This document shows positions 1-9,257 of a DNA stretch of 64,000 nt, piece after piece. Made by a program: the position numbers and the translations under genes. How positions within the stretch are numbered: the first letter of the stretch is position 1; each line of letters starts with the position of its first letter. The stretch covers positions 96,001 to 160,000 of the IMG/VR virus record IMGVR_UViG_3300025150_000002, one strand, 5' to 3'. This DNA is from a virus. Taxonomy: Duplodnaviria; Caudoviricetes. The notes beneath the pieces were generated by a model. The model was not told the origin of the DNA and made no database searches. It saw nothing but the letters and a program-made list of their open reading frames with translations.

Positions 1-115
1 ATAACTGTTGATGCGAGAACTAGTCGAGGGTCTACAGCACTATCGGCTGCATCACAGACTAATTGATGCACACTAGAGGTTGACCTCGTAAGTGATCAGT
101 GCGTATGCTCGGTAA

Positions 116-1228
116 ATGCAGCGCGTCGTTCCTATCAAACTCAATGAAGATGTTGATCTTAGGGCGACGATTGAGTCGTTTAGACTCGTTCAGCAGCGCG
201 TCTCGGATCTAGCCTTTGCGACCGGGTCATGGGATTCGGCGATCGCGCTCCACCGCGTCGCCTACCCACATGTCAGAGGAGCGCTCAAGTCGCAGCTCGT
301 CTGCACAGCGATACGCCTTGTGGCCTCCGATTACGCTCGGCTTCGGCGGCTCAGAAAGCGTATCCACGGCGCGATTCACTTCAGCAAGCCGAGGGCTCTG
401 TTCCTGATCGGGAAGGGGAAGCGGGACGCGTGCCCGCCTCGAAAAGAAACCATACGGATCTGGACCGTGGCCGGGCGGAAAGACATCGGCTTTACCATTC
501 CGAAGGAGTTCGAGAGCTTGCTGAAACGGGTCACGTCCTACGACACACTAGCTGTCAGCATCAAAAGGGGACGACTCGTCGCCTCGCTCTCGGTGACTCT
601 CAAGGCGCCGGATCGCAAGGGCTCGCGCCCGGCCGGCGTTTCGGCAGGTCTCAGAAACGATATAGCAGCAGTGGACGCCTCCGGACGAGCGCTCCGGATC
701 GTCACAACAGCCCAAACAGTGATGGAGGAGACAACCCAGAAAACCAAAAAAAGACTTGAGCGACGTCTAGCTGCACGAAAGGCAGATGGGTACGAAACAC
801 GATCCGTGCGACGTGCCCTCAAACGGCTGAGCAGACGGCGTCACCTGCGAACCAGAGCGTTTTGCCACGTAGCGGCAAACGAGCTGATCCGCTGGTTGGA
901 TCTAGATGTGATCGTGGTAATGGAAGATCTTAGGCGGCCGCCACCGTCGCGGAGGAAGTCTTCCAGCAGTAACATCCCGCACTACTACGAAGGCCTTCGA
1001 CGGAGGCTTGAGGAGAAGTCGGAGGCTGCGGCTATCCCGGTCCACTATGTGAGCGTCACCGGTAATGCTCGGAGGTGCTCGGTCTGCGGCGACGCCGGCA
1101 CGATCGGCAGACGCGTGTTTAGTTGCGGGTCCTGCGGCAGCAGTGGTCCACTGAGCAAGAATGCCGCACTGAACATCAGGAACAAATTCACGGTCACACG
1201 GCCGTGGGCTGCTGTCAACCAGCCCTGA
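116..1228 (+). CDS. tnpB: TnpB-family (IS200/IS605) protein with inactivated RuvC, TldR-like
   Basis: TnpB layout: RuvC-I region GVSAG (normally GxDxG), RuvC-II VMEDL, CxxC..CxxC zinc ribbon (CSVCG..CGSCG), RuvC-III SKNAALNI (normally DxNAAxNI). No tnpA adjacent within the window. Confidence 0.88.
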   Translation: MQRVVPIKLNEDVDLRATIESFRLVQQRVSDLAFATGSWDSAIALHRVAYPHVRGALKSQLVCTAIRLVASDYARLRRLRKRIHGAIHFSKPRALFLIGKGKRDACPPRKETIRIWTVAGRKDIGFTIPKEFESLLKRVTSYDTLAVSIKRGRLVASLSVTLKAPDRKGSRPAGVSAGLRNDIAAVDASGRALRIVTTAQTVMEETTQKTKKRLERRLAARKADGYETRSVRRALKRLSRRRHLRTRAFCHVAANELIRWLDLDVIVVMEDLRRPPPSRRKSSSSNIPHYYEGLRRRLEEKSEAAAIPVHYVSVTGNARRCSVCGDAGTIGRRVFSCGSCGSSGPLSKNAALNIRNKFTVTRPWAAVNQP

Positions 1229-1272
1229 AGCTCGACAACGGGTAAGTGGCCTTGGTCACAGTTGATGAAAAG

Positions 1273-1968
1273 CTACTTCTGTCGCCAACGTGCTGAAAAC
1301 ACGTTGCGCCCCTTTTCGGTAACGGAGCTTGACTTTGATAGAGCTGCGACCTCGGCGTCGAGCCGGCCCCAAATGATCGTTCGAGGGAACCCGCCTAGCC
1401 CGTATTCAAGCCGTTGCGCAAGGAAGGGAACGTCGGCTAGAACCTTGCCATTGATCTTGGGGAGCGTGGCGTCGAACGCCTGAGGTGTCCTTCCGATCGT
1501 AGCCAGTTGTGACCTGATCTCGATCATCTCAGCGAGTCGAGCGCGGCGGTGAAAGTCAGTCTCTGACTCGGATGACGGCCTTACGAGCATATCGCCGCTA
1601 AAACCATCAGTTACTGCTGGAATGGTATCTAGTGTCCACGGGCTGTGTTGAGATAGAACACCAGCTACGTCGTCTCCACTAGAGATCCAAATCAGGCTAC
1701 GGTCAGCCACTATGCTCCCGTAGTCGATCTCGTTGACTCGGGCCTCGACCTCGAATCGGTCCTTGGCGACCTCCACAACAACGATGGACTTCTTGTAGAT
1801 GTCGTACCAACCACCATCATTGGGAATCAACGCGACGACCCGGTCACGTAGTCTGTAGGCGAGCTCCTTCGCGGAAGACTGCATTGCGACCTTACCGGCC
1901 GCTGGAACGCTAGTCTTTAGCTGCTCGATCTCTTTGACGAGCTCTTTGTCGTCAATCCAGAACCGCAC
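1273..1968 (-). CDS. hypothetical protein, possibly virion morphogenesis (neck/head completion)
   Basis: 231-aa ORF directly downstream of the portal gene; function inferred only from position. Confidence 0.6.
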   Translation of the reverse strand: MRFWIDDKELVKEIEQLKTSVPAAGKVAMQSSAKELAYRLRDRVVALIPNDGGWYDIYKKSIVVVEVAKDRFEVEARVNEIDYGSIVADRSLIWISSGDDVAGVLSQHSPWTLDTIPAVTDGFSGDMLVRPSSESETDFHRRARLAEMIEIRSQLATIGRTPQAFDATLPKINGKVLADVPFLAQRLEYGLGGFPRTIIWGRLDAEVAALSKSSSVTEKGRNVFSARWRQK

Positions 1969-1971
1969 GAG

Positions 1972-4900
1972 CTAGTGCCGACCGTGTCCCCGCCCACGGC
2001 CCTGCGGTACCAGCTTGCCGTTACCGTTGCGAGACATGTAGGTGTGCTTGAGCTCTCGAATGAAGTGTTCGGTCTGGGTCAACCTGTGGGCGAGCGACTT
2101 GTTCTCGATCATGGCCTTCCGGAGAGAGTCTTGGATCTCAGCGTCGCGAGCCCTAGACTCCCGGTCCAGACGCTCTTCCAGACGCCGAGCCTGGTCATAG
2201 CGCTTCCATTCATTCTGGGTGTTGGGCCGCCCCGCCACTCCAGGGGGCGGTCCGATGTCCATCGGGGGCGGTGGACCTCCAGCCCCACCGGCGAGGGCTG
2301 GGCCCTCCATAGGCAGCCCGCCGGGTCCACCCGCACCACCACCACCACCGCCTGCGTCGCCCATCAGCTTCTGCTGCTCAGCCTGCTTCTTCATGTCCTC
2401 TTCGCGCTGCTTCTCGATCACATCAATCTCGTCGTCACTGAGCTTGAGGATTCGCTCCTGGATGTAGCGCATAGACACGAAAGGCTGGACGCGCGTGGCG
2501 AAGTCAGCCCGAGCGTTCTTGATCTCGTTGTGTGCCAACTCGTAGATCCCCGACGGAACCGTCATCATGACCTGAAGGTCTTGGTTGAACGGGTTGATAC
2601 CGCGCGAAGCCAGGTCGATTTGGATCAACCGACGAATAGTGTTCTTCATCTCGCGCTGAATACCCATGGTCACACGGGCGGCCCGAACGTCTTCGAACGA
2701 GAGGATCGTCTTAGGAGGCGGAGCATCGTCCTGACCGAGGTAGCTGCGCGGAACCTTGAGCACGCCGTGCAGCTTTCGGGCGAAGTACTCGACATCCTCT
2801 GTGGCCTGGTAGTCGGGACCCTGTAGTACTTCGACGCGGGCCAACTCGCGGTTCTCGCGGACTGCAATGAAGAAGTCCTGCATGTTGTCCATCGGGTTGT
2901 AGCGCATGTCCAGGCGCTGCGTGTTGTGGACAAACACACCAGCGGTCAGGGCGAAGTTGTGATAGTCCTCCACGGTGATGTCGTAAACATCCTCAAACCC
3001 GTCCGGAGTTACGCTGACCACTGTGTGGTTGTTCTTGCCGGCACCGACCAGTCGCCTTTCCTTCTTCTTCTGAGGCCCGCTCTTCCGCTCACCAGTTCCT
3101 GCAACCTGCTCCTTGTAATCGGCGAAGCTCTTGAAACCGCGCCGCTTCAAAAGCGCGGTCCAGCAGCCGCGACTCAACTTGGGCTTGATGGTTGTAGGCA
3201 GGTCCGCATAGATCCGAATGAAGTCCTCTTGCCCGTTGAGCCACGCGACCATGTCCTGGGACGTGATGGTCGGGTCGTTGTGCAGTTTCTGGTCCACCAT
3301 CGCGAAGACCAGGTTGTAGAGGCAATCAGCCCGCTCTGTCTTAGTGGCGGCCGCCTTTTTGTTGGCCTCGCTAATCTTCTCAGGATTCTCCTCGCGCCAA
3401 TCACGGATACGCCCGTATAACTCCTGCTTGAACACCGGATCATTCTGGGCCCTCTCTTTGAGAGCCTTCCGGGCCGCCTGGAGATGAATGGGGTGCCGAC
3501 CACCGGCGTGGTCTCCGGGGGTGATCGGTTCCAGATTTGACGGGTGATTGTTCTCCTTGTTTTCGTCACGATGATGGACATGAAGACCCTTGGCCTTGTA
3601 GTCCGGGTCAATCAGCTCCTCTGTGACCATTTGATGGACGTAGCGCTGCTTACCAAGCCCCGTGTCCTTGTACTTCCAGTAGTGCTGCGTCTCCTTGCTA
3701 CCGCGAGACAGGTAGAGGGGCATGAGCGACTCACCCTTGACGAGGTCTTGGGCCTGCTTGTAGGAGCCGTTTCGCAGCAGGAAGGGGTGGTCTCCTGTGC
3801 ATCGAACGATGGCGCCGCTGTCTACCACGACCCGGTAAACGGCCTTCTTCTTGCCTGAGAGGCCAGCGGCCGTGATCTTGCCGGGAACTACCCTGTGCCG
3901 CTTTGTATCGTAAGAGAATACGTAGTGGTGCTTCCCTTCCTTAGCGAGCCTGGGCACCTCCTCCGCCAGATCGCGCATCGACCTGTCCTTACCATCGAGA
4001 CAGGTGACCGGGGTTTCACCGGTGAGGCAGCGCGGGTTCACGAGCTTCTGCTTGCGCATGTCCTGCTTGGCCTTACGCAAGAACGAGTCGACCTTGTCCG
4101 AGGGTATATCAGTGACGTCGATGTAAAACGCGAAGCGTGCTGGCGCTCTTGTGTTATGGACACAAACCCCGTCTGCGATGAAGTTGTGCTCTTCGTCTTC
4201 GACGCCGATGTCCCAAATATCATCGACGCCGACCACTTCGACTCCACGCAGGGGCTCTGTCAGTGGCTGCTGCTTGAACGTGATGTCCATGCAGTAGGAC
4301 GTAGTGCCCTTCAGCGGCTGGGTCGACCCTGCGATGGTGCGGCCACCTTCGCGGGTTCGCTCGCGCACGAAGGTGACTACCAGTCCTAGCTGCATCGCGA
4401 GCTCGCGCACATCTTCGAGGAGTTGCTTGTTGCACAACTCGAAGCGCGCCTTTTCAAATCGGGTCTTGCGGCCCTCCCTGCGCGGGATGATGTGGGCGTC
4501 CGCATCAGCGAGACCACGGATCATCGCGAGCTTGATCTCTGGACTCGCGCGGAACACCCACTCAGGAAGGCGCTTGTCGTGGGCCCCCGGAATGAATCCA
4601 TTGAGAAGCATGAACTCGGCGAACTTGCTTGAGACAAATGAGTAGGCCCCGAGGCGGTAGTCCTGGTCATTGACCAGCTTCACACCTGGAACATAGCGCT
4701 CGAACAGGCCCTTGTAGCGATCGTTGATTTGGTCGTCCTCGCCCAGGGCAAATCCGATCTCGTTCTGTGAGACGAACCCGCCCTTTTGAGTCCTGGTGGT
4801 GATGAACCCGTCACCAAGCATAAAGCCCCACCACCGGGCGAAGTCTTCGTCGACTACATCTGGGACAGTGACTCCCTTTACCGGGATTCCGCGATCACCG

Positions 4901-6681
4901 CCCCAGTGCTCCTCGACATCGAGGTGCTCGTCGGTGTAGCCGTTAGCTTCAAGTAGCGCTACCGCTGTCTCTGTCTTCAACTCGTAGTCGCCGTTGAAGA
5001 AGTCCCTGGCGCGGTAGTGGTGAACTCCCATCGACCTAGCGATGTCCGGATAAGTCTGCCTACGCACGACCTCGTTCGGAGACCGCAGTCTCGCCTTCGA
5101 GTGAAGGTCAGGCTTCTTGAGTTCGATCTCCTCCCAGTCGTCAGTGTTCTTCTTGGGGGTCACGAGGCGGTGGCGCGTCGGGTCGAGATCTTTCACCTCG
5201 ACGTACTTCAAGAACCTGGCCTTGGGGCGGCCCTTACCCTGCCCGATGATCTCCTCAACCAGGACTGGGTGGGTGGCGTTCGCGTACAACTCGCGATGGT
5301 CACTGAAAACCCGGTAGATCTTGTCCTGCCCGTTGTGCTTCTTGTAGCAGACCCGGGTCTTCCGGAGCTTGTCCTCCTTGGTGAAGGAGTAGACCTCATC
5401 GCCCTCTTCAAGCTCCCTGATGGCCTTCCGTCCTTCGGGGGTCCAGATCTGCGAATCGCCGCGTAGGCAGAGCTTGTAGATGAGCATGGCATCTTCGAGG
5501 AGGACGAGCCGCTTCCAGATCCACCGTGCTCCGTCAGCTACACCGTAGCCGTATGGGCAGCGGCGAACCGTGCCTCGCAACCGTGAGTGCAGGACCTGCC
5601 ACTCCTCGAAAAGCGCTACGTGGTCAGGCACCTTAGTCTGGCCCGCGAGCATGCCGCGCAGGTCCGTGGCGTCCTGAGTGAATTTACCGGTGACGTCCTG
5701 AACGTAGCCGATGAGCGCGCCGTTCGACTGCTCCACGCGCCTCATGGTCGGGACTGGCAGGGAGTTTAGGCCGACGACACCATTCTCGGTGACCAGAACC
5801 TCTTCGTAGTTATTGCCCATCTTCACGGTCGTGTAGACCATGCTCCAGATATCGTCCTCAATCCTCAAACGCCTGTTGAGGAGCGTATCAGTCATGTCCT
5901 TGATGGCTTCGTCGCCCGAGTGAACCCATACGGTCTTGCCTGTGTCGATGTCTGGCTGGGTAGCATCGTTGGTGAAGTAGTGATGTGCGCTGTTATGCAC
6001 AACAACTCCGTTGGCAACGAAGTTCTTGGTCCCGGTTGAGACGTCGTAGACGTCTTCTTCTCCTGCCGGCTGGGCCGCCTGGACGACACGCAGGGTCCCT
6101 GAGATTGTGTGCAGGAAGGAGCACATTCCGTGCGCCTCGAAGCCTGCCCACGTGGAGACGACTACCGTCCCCTCGGTCATGTCAGATGCGTTGATGTAGC
6201 CGTGTTCAACCGTGAGGAACTTGTGATCTGGTGTACACCGGATGTTCTCACCGTTACTGAACCCGAGCTGCACGACTGGCTGCTTGTTCCCGGTCACACG
6301 CGGGTTATTGGTGACCGTCTTTGTAAGTCGCTGCGTCTTGGTGTCGTAAGCGAGGATCTCTACCCCACCACCGTTAGCCGCCAGATCGTGTAGACGGAAG
6401 GGCTTGATGATCGAACCATCAACCACATAGATCAGCGTGTCGCCGGTAAGGCAGTTGATGTCCGGGTAGTCATCCATCTGCTCGTAGTCGGCATACCTGT
6501 CCATCAGGTTCTGCGAGACCGAGAGCAGCCCGCCTACATCCTCTCGCCCCCACACCGAGAACATCGAGGTCGGGATGTGCTTTTCTGCATCAGCAGAAGG
6601 CGATTCGGCCCTGTCACGTTCTGCGCGCTCTCGGCCAAAAACTTGGCGAAGGTAATTCAGCGCATCGTCTCGAAGTGCCAT
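1972..6681 (-). CDS. T4 gp20-type portal protein precursor containing three inteins
   Basis: Removing three Hint segments restores gp20-like motifs YEQMDDYPDIN|SAHHYFTNDAT, LEDAMLIYKL|TRAPARFAFYIDV and KQKLVNPR|TQRLDMRYNPM; about 607 aa after splicing. Confidence 0.88.
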   Translation of the reverse strand: MALRDDALNYLRQVFGRERAERDRAESPSADAEKHIPTSMFSVWGREDVGGLLSVSQNLMDRYADYEQMDDYPDINCLTGDTLIYVVDGSIIKPFRLHDLAANGGGVEILAYDTKTQRLTKTVTNNPRVTGNKQPVVQLGFSNGENIRCTPDHKFLTVEHGYINASDMTEGTVVVSTWAGFEAHGMCSFLHTISGTLRVVQAAQPAGEEDVYDVSTGTKNFVANGVVVHNSAHHYFTNDATQPDIDTGKTVWVHSGDEAIKDMTDTLLNRRLRIEDDIWSMVYTTVKMGNNYEEVLVTENGVVGLNSLPVPTMRRVEQSNGALIGYVQDVTGKFTQDATDLRGMLAGQTKVPDHVALFEEWQVLHSRLRGTVRRCPYGYGVADGARWIWKRLVLLEDAMLIYKLCLRGDSQIWTPEGRKAIRELEEGDEVYSFTKEDKLRKTRVCYKKHNGQDKIYRVFSDHRELYANATHPVLVEEIIGQGKGRPKARFLKYVEVKDLDPTRHRLVTPKKNTDDWEEIELKKPDLHSKARLRSPNEVVRRQTYPDIARSMGVHHYRARDFFNGDYELKTETAVALLEANGYTDEHLDVEEHWGGDRGIPVKGVTVPDVVDEDFARWWGFMLGDGFITTRTQKGGFVSQNEIGFALGEDDQINDRYKGLFERYVPGVKLVNDQDYRLGAYSFVSSKFAEFMLLNGFIPGAHDKRLPEWVFRASPEIKLAMIRGLADADAHIIPRREGRKTRFEKARFELCNKQLLEDVRELAMQLGLVVTFVRERTREGGRTIAGSTQPLKGTTSYCMDITFKQQPLTEPLRGVEVVGVDDIWDIGVEDEEHNFIADGVCVHNTRAPARFAFYIDVTDIPSDKVDSFLRKAKQDMRKQKLVNPRCLTGETPVTCLDGKDRSMRDLAEEVPRLAKEGKHHYVFSYDTKRHRVVPGKITAAGLSGKKKAVYRVVVDSGAIVRCTGDHPFLLRNGSYKQAQDLVKGESLMPLYLSRGSKETQHYWKYKDTGLGKQRYVHQMVTEELIDPDYKAKGLHVHHRDENKENNHPSNLEPITPGDHAGGRHPIHLQAARKALKERAQNDPVFKQELYGRIRDWREENPEKISEANKKAAATKTERADCLYNLVFAMVDQKLHNDPTITSQDMVAWLNGQEDFIRIYADLPTTIKPKLSRGCWTALLKRRGFKSFADYKEQVAGTGERKSGPQKKKERRLVGAGKNNHTVVSVTPDGFEDVYDITVEDYHNFALTAGVFVHNTQRLDMRYNPMDNMQDFFIAVRENRELARVEVLQGPDYQATEDVEYFARKLHGVLKVPRSYLGQDDAPPPKTILSFEDVRAARVTMGIQREMKNTIRRLIQIDLASRGINPFNQDLQVMMTVPSGIYELAHNEIKNARADFATRVQPFVSMRYIQERILKLSDDEIDVIEKQREEDMKKQAEQQKLMGDAGGGGGGAGGPGGLPMEGPALAGGAGGPPPPMDIGPPPGVAGRPNTQNEWKRYDQARRLEERLDRESRARDAEIQDSLRKAMIENKSLAHRLTQTEHFIRELKHTYMSRNGNGKLVPQGRGRGHGRH
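2923..4029 (-). mobile_element. portal intein 3 with HNH endonuclease (369 aa)
   Basis: CLTGET...CTGDHPF...VFVHN/T; HNH motif HVHHRDENKENNHPSNLE. Confidence 0.93.
4153..5469 (-). mobile_element. portal intein 2 with LAGLIDADG endonuclease (439 aa)
   Basis: CLRGDS...ATHPV...VCVHN/T; LAGLIDADG-type motifs WWGFMLGDG and MIRGLADADA. Confidence 0.93.
5992..6453 (-). mobile_element. portal intein 1, mini-intein (154 aa)
   Basis: Starts CLTGDT, block B CTPDHKF, ends VVHN followed by Ser; no endonuclease domain. Confidence 0.93.
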
Positions 6682-6720
6682 ACGAGTTCCTGTATTCCAG
6701 ACAGTTAGCTCGCGTCTACT

Positions 6721-7452
6721 CTAGCAGGACGGGAGCTCCAGAAACACACCTGAAACTGCCAACGAGCCCATAGATCGGACAGATGCGGTGAATACTTCTT
6801 CCAACGAGCCTGGTGTGACACGCGTCACCTTGTGGTTCCGCCGACCGCGCTTTCCGACGATTTTGGCCATCTTCGGTGATGCGGCAGCGCACTCATCCAG
6901 GATGTCTTTCGCTAGATCGAGCGCCTTGATGATCTTATTCCGGTGACGCTTTTTAGCCCGATTCGGGTTGATGATGATATTCAGGTTGTCGGGGTGGTAG
7001 TGCTTTCGGTTCTTGTCGATGTGCTCGACTGTGGTACCTGGGCCGAGCGGGTGCCCGAGCTTCCACTCGGCGATAAGTCTAGCGATTTTCCGCTTTACGT
7101 AACGACCAGGGATCCTGTAGGTCGGATAACCATAGACATCTTCTTCGAGGTAAAGGGGGAGCAGCGAGTCGCCTGGGACTAGTTCAGGGGGCATCTTCCG
7201 TTCGCCAGACCGCATGACGAATCGGGATGATGGCGAGACCTGAAGCTTCGCTCCGTCGTCGAGCACGACCTCGAACAGTTGCTGAAGTCCGATCGACTTA
7301 ACCCCGCCCACTTCACCTAGAAAGAAGGTCCCGGAAGACCACACAAAGGCCGTCTCGGTGTAGTCAGGGTTTAGGACAGTTCGATTCGACAATTCCGAGA
7401 TTTTGGTTGGGCCAGACACCGTCTCGATGCACATGTCGCCGCGCAATCCCAC
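6721..7452 (-). CDS. free-standing degenerate intein (Hint plus HNH-like), no exteins
   Basis: Block A-like (M)GLRGDM lacking Cys1, block B SPSSRF lacking TxxH, HNH-like VEHIDKNRKHYHPDNL, block F/G-like NHKVTRVT..EVF..VSGVFLE lacking terminal HN; own GTG start with GAGG upstream. Confidence 0.72.
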   Translation of the reverse strand: MGLRGDMCIETVSGPTKISELSNRTVLNPDYTETAFVWSSGTFFLGEVGGVKSIGLQQLFEVVLDDGAKLQVSPSSRFVMRSGERKMPPELVPGDSLLPLYLEEDVYGYPTYRIPGRYVKRKIARLIAEWKLGHPLGPGTTVEHIDKNRKHYHPDNLNIIINPNRAKKRHRNKIIKALDLAKDILDECAAASPKMAKIVGKRGRRNHKVTRVTPGSLEEVFTASVRSMGSLAVSGVFLELPSC

Positions 7453-7460
7453 CGAACCCT

Positions 7461-8747
7461 CTACAGTCCTGCCATCAAAATGGGCTCACGTGTGAGCTCA
7501 TCCTGGCTCTCCGGCTTCACCGTTTGCTCAGCCCCTGACGCATCGATCACCGTGAGGCCTCTCGCCGATATCACCATCCGGAACGGGGTGATCCCGACGT
7601 ACCTCCTGCCGGCTCCCTTCTTCAAGTAGGCAACCGTAAGATGTGGAATGTAGTTCGGGCGAGTCGGCGGTCTGGAGTTGGGCAGCTTGGCGATTTTCTG
7701 GTGAAGCTCTCGAATCGAGTCGCCGATGACTTCGATGTAGAGTACGTCGCGCTCTTCGTGCTCGAAGATGTTGAACGTGCCCAGCATGGCCCTGATTGGC
7801 CTGCCGTAGTCCTGAACGATTTGCTGGATAGCTGAGAGATCTCGCTTGTCGGCGCCGTAGTAGACCGTCACATGGGGCCGGTGCTCCAGCTTCAGGATGT
7901 TGTCCTCAGGGATGTTCTTCTGGACCCAGCCAGGAATGCGAACTCGCAGGTAACCGAAGTCGACCTGGGTCTGCAGGAAGTTCTCGTCCTGCTGCTCACG
8001 CTCGAACTGAAGGTCCTCGAATAGACACCCCTCCGTCAACTCAGGCTTGTGGCGAAGGTGGGCTACGAGCTCCAGGAACACCTTACGGACGATAGAACCA
8101 GAGCGACTCATTTCGCGGCCTGCGTGACCGCGCCCAAGAATCACGTTAGCCGCAACTTCGGCAAAGGCCTCCGCAGGGTCTGCGTTCGCGTATTTGCTGG
8201 GGAAAGAGTCAGACACCTTCTTCGTCTTCAGCCACCCCCTGAACAACTCGGGGTCACTCCCATAATGCTTGTTGAAGAAGAACCAAAGGCTCGACTTCTC
8301 TGGACGACTCTGCACGACTTTCGCCAGCGCGTCGGCGGCTGCCGGGTCATAAGGTCTCCCGACGACCTCACACAGAGTTGCCCACAGTTCACGGGCGTCG
8401 TCACTCATGTGCTTAACCCATATTCTGTGCATCGTCTCATGGACGATGGTCCACAGATAGTCAGCGGCTCCACGAATAGGTGGGTAGAAGATGACTGACT
8501 TGTCATCTTTTGGAAAGTAGCGCCCGTTGGCCCGCTCATCGTCCTTTCGGTGAACAATCTCGATCTTGCCGCCGAAGTCCTTGTCCGAGAAGCCGAACGC
8601 GCGCATCTTTTCGACGGCTACGTAGATCGCGTTGAGGAACTGTCCTACCTCCTCAGACGGTACCTCACCGTCAGATCCCGGCTGCATAGGTCCGGGTGTG
8701 CGGACGCCTGGCGTGAGCAGTCGGAACGCTGAGATAATTCGGTCCAT
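7461..8747 (-). CDS. zincin metallopeptidase-like domain fused to 2H phosphoesterase
   Basis: HExxH (VHETMH) plus SKYA..DPAEAFAE in the N-half; two HxT motifs (PHVTV, PHLTV) in the C-half. Confidence 0.78.
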   Translation of the reverse strand: MDRIISAFRLLTPGVRTPGPMQPGSDGEVPSEEVGQFLNAIYVAVEKMRAFGFSDKDFGGKIEIVHRKDDERANGRYFPKDDKSVIFYPPIRGAADYLWTIVHETMHRIWVKHMSDDARELWATLCEVVGRPYDPAAADALAKVVQSRPEKSSLWFFFNKHYGSDPELFRGWLKTKKVSDSFPSKYANADPAEAFAEVAANVILGRGHAGREMSRSGSIVRKVFLELVAHLRHKPELTEGCLFEDLQFEREQQDENFLQTQVDFGYLRVRIPGWVQKNIPEDNILKLEHRPHVTVYYGADKRDLSAIQQIVQDYGRPIRAMLGTFNIFEHEERDVLYIEVIGDSIRELHQKIAKLPNSRPPTRPNYIPHLTVAYLKKGAGRRYVGITPFRMVISARGLTVIDASGAEQTVKPESQDELTREPILMAGL

Positions 8748-9022
8748 CAGTAAAGCTCGTCGGCGCTAAGGTCTTCCCCAGTATAGCCCGGAGTGGACGC
8801 ACGCATCGCCATCACCTTACGGACCAATTCGACGGGAAAGGTCTCATAAGAGCCGTCGAGTAGTTGGATTTGGGCGTATAGACCATCGAGCACGACCTTT
8901 CTGGCCGAGAAAAACGTGCTCTTGTCGTCGAGGTCCGCGAGTTCAACCTCGACGCCCCAAGCAAGGCCCATTTCCTCAGTCGAAAGCCGAGGCTCAAGAT
9001 CCTCTGGATCCACAGTGCCCAT
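8747..9022 (-). CDS. hypothetical protein
   Basis: 91-aa ORF whose stop overlaps the next start; operon-like packing. Confidence 0.6.
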   Translation of the reverse strand: MGTVDPEDLEPRLSTEEMGLAWGVEVELADLDDKSTFFSARKVVLDGLYAQIQLLDGSYETFPVELVRKVMAMRASTPGYTGEDLSADELY

Positions 9023-9036
9023 TCAGTTCATCCTCC

Positions 9037-9231
9037 CTACGGGATCGTCTCGGTCAACACCCTCGGACCGCCCTGAGAGCCCTGCGCCTCAAGGACCTTC
9101 TGGAAACGATGAGCTGCGGCTTCGTCGACCTCGACTCGGGTGCGCCCGCCGGTCTCGTCCTCCATCGTGACGAACCAGCTCACCGTACCACCGGAGAGAA
9201 GAGACTTGTCTACACTAATGACGCGATTCAT
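9037..9231 (-). CDS. hypothetical protein
   Basis: 64-aa ORF with RBS-like GGAG before the downstream gene; operon packing. Confidence 0.55.
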   Translation of the reverse strand: MNRVISVDKSLLSGGTVSWFVTMEDETGGRTRVEVDEAAAHRFQKVLEAQGSQGGPRVLTETIP

Positions 9232-9257
9232 TATGTACCCCTAGAGGAGGTCAGGTT

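Noticed and set aside
1-115. TTGAT copies upstream of tnpB as a TAM or IS left end
   Set aside because: 5-mer occurs frequently; the window edge prevents seeing a left-end hairpin or tnpA.
1239-1273. Short matches between the TnpB 3' flank (CGGGTAAGTGGC, TGATGAAAAG) and the tmRNA-like locus
   Set aside because: 10-12 nt matches in opposite orientations are compatible with chance; not evidence of a guide-target pair.
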